Assembly: GCA_012841735.1 (NCBI GenBank)
Contig: DUUE01000078.1
Location: 1-27,107 of the forward strand
From: Bacillota bacterium
GTDB taxonomy: Bacteria; Bacillota; Dethiobacteria; Dethiobacterales; Dethiobacteraceae
Direction: 5' to 3'
Length of the DNA stretch: 27,107 nucleotides
The notes below the pieces were generated by a model. That model was given only the letters and a program-made list of their open reading frames with translations, had not been told where the DNA came from and did no database searches. The translations under genes and the position numbers were made by a program. This document shows positions 1 to 6,745 of the stretch, piece after piece (positions within the stretch are counted from its first letter, which is position 1; each line of letters starts with the position of its first letter).

Positions 1-60
1 AATTACTGGCTTTTTAACACTTTTGCCAAAGAATTTTTGCCCACTGCTAACTATGGACTG

Positions 61-126
61 TTAGTGAAAATGCAAACCAAGGATCGTCCAAGGTTTGCAT
101 TTTCTAAGACTTTGTCTACAGTCTGA
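61..126. mobile_element. Probable right end of an IS1182-like element or derived MITE (rest outside window)
   Basis: Perfect 13-bp inverted repeat GAAAATGCAAACC (66-78)/GGTTTGCATTTTC (92-104), then GACTTTGTCTACAGTCTGA (108-126), which resembles IS1182-type terminal repeats as I recall them (reads DFVYSL). No transposase in window. Confidence 0.4.
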
Positions 127-142
127 CCCGCCTCCGGCGGGT
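126..142. terminator. GC-rich hairpin downstream of the LysM gene
   Basis: ACCCGCC-TCC-GGCGGGT perfect 7-bp stem, 13 nt past the LysM stop. T-rich tail only on the + strand side. Confidence 0.5.
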
Positions 143-155
143 TTGCCTTTACTTC

Positions 156-347
156 TTATTCCTGCGGCAGCGGCAGACAGATGAATGTGCCTACCTGTAA
201 ATTTTGCGGGTCCAGCCCCGGGTTCAAAGCCAGAATGCCCTCCACAGTCACGCCCTGTTCCCTGGCAATTGCGAATAAAGTATCACCGGGGGCAATCTCC
301 AAAAAAAGTCCCGTGGGGCAGGCCGGCAGTCCTTCGTCCATGCCCAT
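156..347 (-). CDS. Small single-LysM peptidoglycan-binding protein (spore coat/cortex-type)
   Basis: LEIAPGDTLFAIAREQGVTVEGILALNPGLDPQNLQVGTFICLP is a LysM motif; strong RBS AGGAGGTG upstream. Confidence 0.85.
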   Translation of the reverse strand: MGMDEGLPACPTGLFLEIAPGDTLFAIAREQGVTVEGILALNPGLDPQNLQVGTFICLPLPQE

Positions 348-366
348 GAATCACACCTCCTGTACC

Positions 367-394
367 ATCCTATTCGGGACGGCGGAGAATGTGC
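367..394 (-). promoter_or_regulatory. Candidate mother-cell sporulation (sigmaE/sigmaK-like) promoter for the LysM gene
   Basis: Minus strand GCACATT-N13-AATAGGAT resembles kCATAtt/cATAcanT, but spacing is about 1 nt short and both boxes have mismatches. Confidence 0.25.
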
Positions 395-1417
395 TTACTG
401 CCCGTCGGGAAAGAGTGAAACTGCGATTTTTACCAGTTCCTGCAGTGACAACACACCCGAGAGGACAAAATCCCTGCCGTCGGCGGACCAGAACAGGGAG
501 GCCAGGTTATCCTGTGCGTTTTGCTGGTAAATGCCCGTGTTCCTGCCGATGACCACTTCCCGGCTGCGGCTGCCCGCAAAAAGCCCCGTCTCATTTGCAG
601 GCGCCTGGATAAAGGTAAAGGGCACATCTCCCCGGAAGACACAAATCAGCTGTTCCCTGCCGGCTTCCAGCACGCGGGAAATGGCATGCAGTTTGGTCCC
701 CCCGGGCAGGTAGGCGGGCAGGTATACAGGCCCCGGCCAGCCTTTTTTTGCTTCTTCCAGGGTAAGGGGCGCGATCTCGCAGTAAGCCCCCACTTTGCCT
801 GCGCCGTCGGGGGTGAAAGTAAAAAGATCGGGGGAGAAATCAGGATTAAGCTCGCTTTTTTTAACTTTTACCCGGCAGAGAAGTTTTTCCTCCAGGGACA
901 ATTCCATCTGCTCGGGCAGGTATGATTTCCGGTTCAGCCACAGGCTGACAGTTTCGCCGGCCAGCGGCCCGGGATAATCTACCCGGTAAACAGCCCCGCC
1001 GTTCAATTCCGCTTCGCCCCGGAAAGTAAAGCTTTCCGCCTCCAGCAGCTGCTGCAGGTAGCCGTAAAGCAGGAAAGGTGCGGCATTTTCCCTCGTTGTT
1101 TCCGTTATCTCCAGGCGGTAGTAGTCTCCCAGTGACGGCTGGTAGACCCAGATCTGACGGCCGTCACAAATAAAGATTTGGCTCTCCTCTCCCGCCTCCA
1201 CTTCCACGCGCCAGCGCGAAGGGAAAGCATGCCACTGTTTGACACTGTACACCTGCACGCTTTCATCGGTGAATATTTCCACGTTGCACTCTGCAGTATA
1301 ACCGTCCAGTTTTGCCAGCCTGCGCTCTATCTGCGGCAGCAGTTTTTCTCCCGTTACGGCACAGCCCACAGGCAAAAGCAGCATCACCAGCAGGACAGCC
1401 AGCATTTTTCGGGACAA
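395..1417 (-). CDS. LolA-like fold lipoprotein, YdcC/DUF4367 type
   Basis: Signal peptide with lipobox (LLLPVG-C), LolA-like stretch (RWRVEV...IFICDGRQIWVYQP), C-terminal 'PVYLPAYLPGG...ASLFWSADGRDFVLSG'. Start moved to TTG at 1417 (purine-rich RBS). Confidence 0.75.
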   Translation of the reverse strand: MSRKMLAVLLVMLLLPVGCAVTGEKLLPQIERRLAKLDGYTAECNVEIFTDESVQVYSVKQWHAFPSRWRVEVEAGEESQIFICDGRQIWVYQPSLGDYYRLEITETTRENAAPFLLYGYLQQLLEAESFTFRGEAELNGGAVYRVDYPGPLAGETVSLWLNRKSYLPEQMELSLEEKLLCRVKVKKSELNPDFSPDLFTFTPDGAGKVGAYCEIAPLTLEEAKKGWPGPVYLPAYLPGGTKLHAISRVLEAGREQLICVFRGDVPFTFIQAPANETGLFAGSRSREVVIGRNTGIYQQNAQDNLASLFWSADGRDFVLSGVLSLQELVKIAVSLFPDGQ

Positions 1418-1479
1418 ACTTCTCTCCCCTTTTTCCCATGATTGCATCCAGCCGGCGGGCGGCTGTGCAACCTGCCGGC

Positions 1480-1926
1480 TTACACCATTGTTCTGATCAG
1501 ATCATGACGGCTGACAATCCCGAGCAGGCGGCCTTCTGCATCCAGCACAGGCAGGCGGTTCACCTTTTTTTCCACCATCATGGCGGCGGCATCCTCCGGT
1601 GTGGCCTCACTGCCGACAGTATGGACCGGTGCGGTCATTATTTCCCCCACGCTGGTTGCCGCTATTTTTTTCAGGCCGTCAAAAAAATGTTGCGGGCTTT
1701 CCAGAAAGATAACGCCGCCCAGGATTTCCGTAAAAGCCGGGACACGCAGTTTCCGCTCCCGTGCCACCAGGTCACCTTCCGTGATCATGCCAATAACACG
1801 GTTTTCCCGGTCAATAACCGGGAGGCCGCTGATCCGGTGCTCTGCCAGCAGGCGCGCAGCCTCCGCAATGGTTGTATCTGCCGTCACGGTTATCACGTCT
1901 CTGGTCATAACCTCGCTGATTTTCAT
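1480..1926 (-). CDS. CBS domain pair protein
   Basis: Two CBS motifs (ISGLPVIDRENRVIGMITEGDL; VNRLPVLDAEGRLLGIVSRHDL); ATGA overlap with the nnr stop. Confidence 0.93.
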   Translation of the reverse strand: MKISEVMTRDVITVTADTTIAEAARLLAEHRISGLPVIDRENRVIGMITEGDLVARERKLRVPAFTEILGGVIFLESPQHFFDGLKKIAATSVGEIMTAPVHTVGSEATPEDAAAMMVEKKVNRLPVLDAEGRLLGIVSRHDLIRTMV

Positions 1927-3485
1927 GCGCCAAAATCCCTCTCTTCATATGTATTGGCCTGCAAGGCCAGATATGCCTGGGAAAGATGACGGACCACATC
2001 GCCGGCCAAAAGCGACCGTTCCCCTACTTTTGCCGCCGCCAGATCGCCCGCCAGGCCATGCAGGAAAACAGCCAGACGGGCGGCGGAAACAGGATCCAGT
2101 CCCTGGGCCAAAAGCGCCGCCAGCAGGCCGGTCAGGACGTCACCGCTGCCGGCGGTGGCGAGGCCGCTGTTGCCCGTGGTGTTTATGGCTATTGTACCGT
2201 CGGGCTCCGCCACAATTGTATGCGCTCCCTTGAGGACCACAGTGGCATGAAAACGCCTGGCAAGCTTGCGGGCACTGCCCGGCCTGTCCGCTTGGATGTC
2301 TTTCGTTTTCTGCCCCAGCAGACGTGCCGCCTCGCCGGGATGAGGAGTGATAACAACGGGCGCCGTGCGCCGTGCCAGAACAGACGGCATGCCGGCCAGA
2401 AGATTAAGCCCGTCCGCGTCAATCACCAGCGGCAGGGGGCATTCGGTAACAATGTCATTTAAAAGGGATTGCAGTTCCGTGGCCTGTGTCCAGCCCGGCC
2501 CCACGGCCACGGCATGACAGGCCGCCCAGCGTTCTCTGAGCAAGGCGGCAGACTCGGGCAGCAGGCTGCCCTCCGCAGCTTCCGGCAGGGCAACGGTGAT
2601 GGCTTCCGGCACCCGGGCTGCCAGCACGGTGCGGATACACGCGGGTACCGCCGCATACAGCAGGCCGCAGCCGCCGCGCAGTGCCGCACGGGCCGCCAAA
2701 ACGGCCGCCCCGGACATGCCGGCCGAGCCGGCAACCAGGAGTACGGTCCCGAAGGTGCCTTTATGGCTGTCCGCCGGTCTGTCCACAAGCAGCGGCCGCA
2801 CCACATCCGGCGTCAGCACACAGTTTTTCAGCCCGGCAAGCAAAGCCTGCGGTATACCGATATCCGCCACGGTGAGGCGGCCGGTGCACTCCGCCCCGGG
2901 ATAAAGATAGTGACCATATTTGGGCAGGGCAAAAGTAACAGTTTCCACGGCCCGGACTGCCGCCCCCATGCTGAGGCCGGTGTCGGCATTAATGCCGGAA
3001 GGAATATCCACCGCCACTACAGGCGCCGGGCTGTTGTTTACGGCCGTAATAATATCCCTGTAAAAAGCGTCCAGTTCGCGGGAAAGGCCGGTGCCGAACA
3101 GGGCGTCCACTATGAGATCTGTGCGCGCCAGCTCCGCCGCAAAAGTCTTGCGGCCTTCTTCTGTGCAGAGGCACAGCACCGGCAGTTGCAGCTTGCGCAG
3201 CATCTGCAGGTTTTGCAGCGCATCTCCGCCGTACTCCTCATCGGGGGCCACAGTAAAAACAGTGACTCTTTTCTCCCGGCACAGCTGCCTGGCCACGACA
3301 AAGCCGTCCCCGCCGTTATTGCCCTTTCCGGCCACAACTGTGAGGTTCGGCCCTGTGTTTAGCGCCCGGATGCGTTCCGCCACCCGCAGGCCGGCATTTT
3401 CCATCAGGATTATGCCGGGAATGCCGTAGTCCCTGATGGTACAGCCATCAAGCTTACGCATTTCTGCCGCAGTAACCAGCCGCAC
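1923..3485 (-). CDS. nnr: Bifunctional NAD(P)H-hydrate epimerase/dehydratase
   Basis: YjeF-N motifs (LMENAG, GKGNNGGDG, DALFGTG, AVDIPSG) and YjeF-C motifs (HKGTFG, VIDADGL, TPHPGE, LATAGSGDVLTG). Start set at GTG 3485 after RBS AAAGGAG. Confidence 0.95.
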   Translation of the reverse strand: MRLVTAAEMRKLDGCTIRDYGIPGIILMENAGLRVAERIRALNTGPNLTVVAGKGNNGGDGFVVARQLCREKRVTVFTVAPDEEYGGDALQNLQMLRKLQLPVLCLCTEEGRKTFAAELARTDLIVDALFGTGLSRELDAFYRDIITAVNNSPAPVVAVDIPSGINADTGLSMGAAVRAVETVTFALPKYGHYLYPGAECTGRLTVADIGIPQALLAGLKNCVLTPDVVRPLLVDRPADSHKGTFGTVLLVAGSAGMSGAAVLAARAALRGGCGLLYAAVPACIRTVLAARVPEAITVALPEAAEGSLLPESAALLRERWAACHAVAVGPGWTQATELQSLLNDIVTECPLPLVIDADGLNLLAGMPSVLARRTAPVVITPHPGEAARLLGQKTKDIQADRPGSARKLARRFHATVVLKGAHTIVAEPDGTIAINTTGNSGLATAGSGDVLTGLLAALLAQGLDPVSAARLAVFLHGLAGDLAAAKVGERSLLAGDVVRHLSQAYLALQANTYEERDFGA

Positions 3486-3516
3486 TCTACCCACTCCTTT
3501 CGTCAGTGCGCAGGGG

Positions 3517-3900
3517 CTATGCTTCCTGCTGCGCCTTCCGGCTGCGGTAGTCTTCAATGGCCCGTTTTAAGGCGTCGGCCGCCAGATTGGAACAGTGCAT
3601 TTTGGGCTCCGGCAGGCCGCCCAGTTCCTCGGCCACCTGTTTGTTGCTTATTTCCCAGGCTTCGACCAGTGTTTTTCCCTTCACCATTTCTGTAATGGCA
3701 CTGCTGGTGGCGATGGCGGCACCGCAGCCAAAAGTGCGGAATTTTATGTCCTCAATAACTTCCTGGTCGTTGACTTTCAGGTAGATACGCATGATATCCC
3801 CGCACTTCATATTGCCAACTTCGCCGATACCGTCCGCATTTTCAATCTCCCCCACATTGCGCGGGTTCATGAAATGGTCCATCACTTTTTCACTGTACAT
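3517..3900 (-). CDS. iscU: Fe-S cluster assembly scaffold IscU/NifU-N
   Basis: YSEKVMDHFMNPRNVG, CGD, FGCGAAIA, KMHCS: three conserved Cys. ATG 3900 has better RBS spacing than 3909. Confidence 0.95.
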   Translation of the reverse strand: MYSEKVMDHFMNPRNVGEIENADGIGEVGNMKCGDIMRIYLKVNDQEVIEDIKFRTFGCGAAIATSSAITEMVKGKTLVEAWEISNKQVAEELGGLPEPKMHCSNLAADALKRAIEDYRSRKAQQEA

Positions 3901-3917
3901 TGTTTTCATCCCCCTGC

Positions 3918-5081
3918 TTATTCTTTACCCGCATAGACAGGCGACATGGCCCGCAGGCGCGCTACAATCCCCGGCATGACAGACAAAACATAGTCTATCT
4001 CTTCTTCCCTGTTGTAAGCACTCAGTGTCAGGCGCAACGAGCCGTGCGCCGTCTGGTGATCCAGCCCCATGGCCATAAGTACATGGGACGGATCCAGCGA
4101 ACCTGAAGTGCAGGCGGAACCGCTGGAAACGGCAATCCCTTTCAGGTCGAGACTTAAAATCATGGATTCCCCTTCCACATACTGCACAGATATATTCACA
4201 TTGCCCGGCAGCCTTTTTTCCGGATGGCCGTTCAGTCTGGTATCCGGTATGGCCAAAAGTCCTGCCATCAGCTTGTCGCGCATGGCTTTAATACGGCTTA
4301 CCTTGGCCTCCATGTCAGTGGTGGCCAGTTCAATGGCTCTGCCCAGGCCCACAATGCCGGCCACATTTTCCGTGCCCGGCCGCAGCTTACGTTCCTGGGC
4401 GCCGCCAAAACTGAATACTTTAAGTTTTGTCCCCTTGCGCACGTAGAGGGCGCCGACCCCTTTGGGTCCATGGAATTTATGGGCGGAAAGGGAAAGCAGG
4501 TCAACCTGCAGCTCATCAACGTTTACAGGCAGGACACCGATGGCCTGCACCGCATCGGTATGGAAAATCACACCGCGTTCCCGGCAGATTTGCCCGATTT
4601 CCGCCACAGGCATAATTGTTCCCACTTCATTATTGGCCATCATGACGGAAACAAGTATGGTCTCGTCAGTAATGGCGTCCGCCACATCCCGGGGGGATAC
4701 CATGCCGTATGCGTCCACCGGCAGGAGCGTAACCCTGAAACCTTCCGCCTCCAGCGCTTTGCAGGCATCAAGCACCGCATGGTGTTCCACGGCTGTGGTG
4801 ATAAGATGACGGCCCTTGTTCTGCAGGGCGCGGGCTACGCCGCGAATGGCAATATTGTCGGCTTCAGTGGCGCCCGAAGTAAAAATAATTTCCCGTGGTT
4901 CGGCCCCCAGGGCGGCTGCAGTTTTTTCCCGTGCCTCTTCCACTGCTTTGCGTGCCTCGCGGCCAAATGAATGAATGCTGGAGGGATTGCCGTAAATGGC
5001 GGTCAGATACGGTTGCATGGCCACAAAAACCTCATCATGCATTCTTGTTGTCGCCGCATTGTCCAGATAAACCTTCTGCAT
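3918..5081 (-). CDS. iscS: Cysteine desulfurase IscS/NifS (class I)
   Basis: YLDNAATT, FTSGATE, HTDAVQ, PLP lysine SAHKFHGPKG, catalytic SSGSACTS. Confidence 0.96.
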   Translation of the reverse strand: MQKVYLDNAATTRMHDEVFVAMQPYLTAIYGNPSSIHSFGREARKAVEEAREKTAAALGAEPREIIFTSGATEADNIAIRGVARALQNKGRHLITTAVEHHAVLDACKALEAEGFRVTLLPVDAYGMVSPRDVADAITDETILVSVMMANNEVGTIMPVAEIGQICRERGVIFHTDAVQAIGVLPVNVDELQVDLLSLSAHKFHGPKGVGALYVRKGTKLKVFSFGGAQERKLRPGTENVAGIVGLGRAIELATTDMEAKVSRIKAMRDKLMAGLLAIPDTRLNGHPEKRLPGNVNISVQYVEGESMILSLDLKGIAVSSGSACTSGSLDPSHVLMAMGLDHQTAHGSLRLTLSAYNREEEIDYVLSVMPGIVARLRAMSPVYAGKE

Positions 5082-5516
5082 TTAACTGTCCTCCTCGTTT
5101 GTCTCCCGTGACATCATGATGACATCGGCCAGGGTTATCTCATCAAGCACTTCCGACATTGTGTCCCGCAGCTTTTCCCAGATACCGCGCGTCAGGCATA
5201 TGTTTTTACGTTTGCAGGAACTGTCATTGCCTTCGGCAACGCAGTCCACCGGGGCAATGGGGCCTTCCAGGGTGCGCACAATATCGCCCACCTTTATTTT
5301 TTCCGGCGGGTGCGCCAGGGTATAACCGCCTTTGGCTCCTCTGACCGAAGTGATCAGGCCTGCCCGTCGCAGCGGCAGGAAAATTTGTTCCAGGAATTGA
5401 TACGAGATGCCTTCCCTCGCGGCAATCTCGCGCAGCGGGATGGGACCGGCACGGAAATTCAATGCCAGTATTGCCATGGCACGAACACCATATTCACCCT
5501 TGGCAGTGATTTTCAT
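5082..5516 (-). CDS. iscR: Rrf2-family regulator with three Cys, IscR-type
   Basis: MKITAKGEYG, ITSVRGAKGGYTL and the C-x8-C-x5-C cluster (DCVAEGNDSSCKRKNIC); first gene before iscSU. Start set at ATG 5516. Confidence 0.85.
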   Translation of the reverse strand: MKITAKGEYGVRAMAILALNFRAGPIPLREIAAREGISYQFLEQIFLPLRRAGLITSVRGAKGGYTLAHPPEKIKVGDIVRTLEGPIAPVDCVAEGNDSSCKRKNICLTRGIWEKLRDTMSEVLDEITLADVIMMSRETNEEDS

Positions 5517-5528
5517 GTTATCACCAGC

Positions 5529-5553
5529 AATCCCGATTGTTTTGGTCGGCATT
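5529..5553 (-). promoter_or_regulatory. Type-1 IscR operator
   Basis: AATGCCGACCAAAACAATCGGGATT matches the 19-nt core of ATASYYGACTRWWWYAGTCRRSTAT with 2 mismatches; lies between the -10 and the iscR RBS. Confidence 0.7.
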
Positions 5554-5559
5554 TTCTTT

Positions 5560-5588
5560 AGCGTAACAGGAAAAAGCCCCTCCGTCAA
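5560..5588 (-). promoter_or_regulatory. sigmaA promoter for iscRSU
   Basis: TTGACG (5588-5583) - 17 nt - TACGCT (5565-5560). Confidence 0.6.
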
Positions 5589-5594
5589 GGGGGC
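5571..5594 (-). terminator. Intrinsic terminator after acpS
   Basis: Minus strand GCCCC...GGGGC stem followed by TTTTT. Confidence 0.6.
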
Positions 5595-5616
5595 GGGAGG
5601 AGTTTCTTTTTACAGT

Positions 5617-6021
5617 TTAATGTTTTTGTAAGACCAGTGCCGCAGCCGAAGCCACGGCATACTCCCGGCTGTGGCTCAGCGACAGCGCCACGGGGGACAG
5701 GGAAAGCTTTTCTGCCCGTTTTGCCGCTTTGCCGGAGAGGTGCACCACCGGTTCTCCCCCGGGCAAAGAGAGTATTTCCACTTCAGTCCAGTTCAGGCTG
5801 CCTATCCCCAGTCCCAGCAGTTTAAACACAGCTTCCTTGGCGGCAAAGCGGGCCGCCAGGTGCCGGGCGGCATTGTCTCTCGCCGCCAGCTGTTCCTGTT
5901 CCCGTGCCGTAAAGAGGCGCTGCAAAAACTGTCGGGGGCGCCTGCCAAATGCCCGGGCAACCCGGTCAATTTCAATAATATCCACCCCGCAGCGCACCGC
6001 CGCCCTGTTTTCCCGGTTCAT
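5617..6021 (-). CDS. acpS: Holo-[acyl-carrier-protein] synthase
   Basis: GVDIIEIDRV, LAARFAAKEAVFK, LSLSHSREYAVA; start at ATG 6021 after AGGAG. Confidence 0.95.
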   Translation of the reverse strand: MNRENRAAVRCGVDIIEIDRVARAFGRRPRQFLQRLFTAREQEQLAARDNAARHLAARFAAKEAVFKLLGLGIGSLNWTEVEILSLPGGEPVVHLSGKAAKRAEKLSLSPVALSLSHSREYAVASAAALVLQKH

Positions 6022-6034
6022 GCTCCTGCCGCCT

Positions 6035-6745
6035 TTACAAAACTGTTTCAAATTTATAGCCGATGCCCCAGACAGTCCGTAAGTATGTTGGATTGGCCGG
6101 GTCTTTCTCTATTTTTTCCCGGATACGCCGGATTAAAACTGTTACCGTGCCCGTATCACCGAAATATTCGTTTCCCCACACCAGATCAAGCAACTGATCC
6201 CGGCTGTAGACCACACCGGGATTATTGGCCAGCACCCACAGCAGGTCAAATTCTTTCGCTGTCAGGTAAACATCTTTGCCGTTCAGTTTCACTTCCCGCG
6301 TTTTACTGTTAATATAGAGGCGCCCGTCATCAAATGTTCCCTGCCGGAGACGGGGAGCAAGCTCCTCGCCGGCGACACGGCGCAGGACGGCCTTAACACG
6401 CAGCGCCAGCTCCGAAGGGCTGAAAGGTTTGGTTACATAGTCATCCACCCCCAGGTTGAAGCCCAGGGCTTTGTCTTCCAACTCGTCCTTGGCGGAAAGA
6501 ATAATAACCGGTGTATTGTCCCCCCTGCTGCGCAGTGCCCGGCAGACTTCAAAGCCGTCCATTTCCGGCATCATTAAGTCAAGCACAATTAAATCCGGAC
6601 GCTCCTCCTCCACTTTCTGGACGGCTTCCAGCCCGTCCGCCGCATGGATCACCTTGTAAGCGTCCTTCCGCAGGCTCTGTTCGACAATGCGCCGGATTTT
6701 CGGCTCATCATCCACAACCAGGATCTTTGTCATTTTACTGCTCAT
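6035..6745 (-). CDS. OmpR/PhoB-family response regulator
   Basis: REC (ILVVDDE, LDLMMPEMDG, DDYVTKPFS) plus winged helix (LTAKEFDLL, IRRIREKIEKDP, TVWGIGYKF). Start overlaps the kinase stop. Confidence 0.95.
   Translation of the reverse strand: MSSKMTKILVVDDEPKIRRIVEQSLRKDAYKVIHAADGLEAVQKVEEERPDLIVLDLMMPEMDGFEVCRALRSRGDNTPVIILSAKDELEDKALGFNLGVDDYVTKPFSPSELALRVKAVLRRVAGEELAPRLRQGTFDDGRLYINSKTREVKLNGKDVYLTAKEFDLLWVLANNPGVVYSRDQLLDLVWGNEYFGDTGTVTVLIRRIREKIEKDPANPTYLRTVWGIGYKFETVL

Noticed and set aside
66-104. GCAAACC hairpin as a c-di-GMP riboswitch
   Set aside because: Lacks the GACGCAAA junction; a perfect 13-bp DNA palindrome fits a mobile-element end better.
1-126. Open + strand frame 1-126 ending TLSTV*
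   Set aside because: Reads through the palindromic repeat and has no recognisable protein features; cannot be supported as a gene end from this window.
3486-3557. ORF-track N-terminal extensions (nnr, iscR, acpS, OmpR regulator, CbrA-like, flavodoxin)
   Set aside because: They overlap upstream genes or regulatory sites; downstream starts have proper RBSs and match family N-termini.
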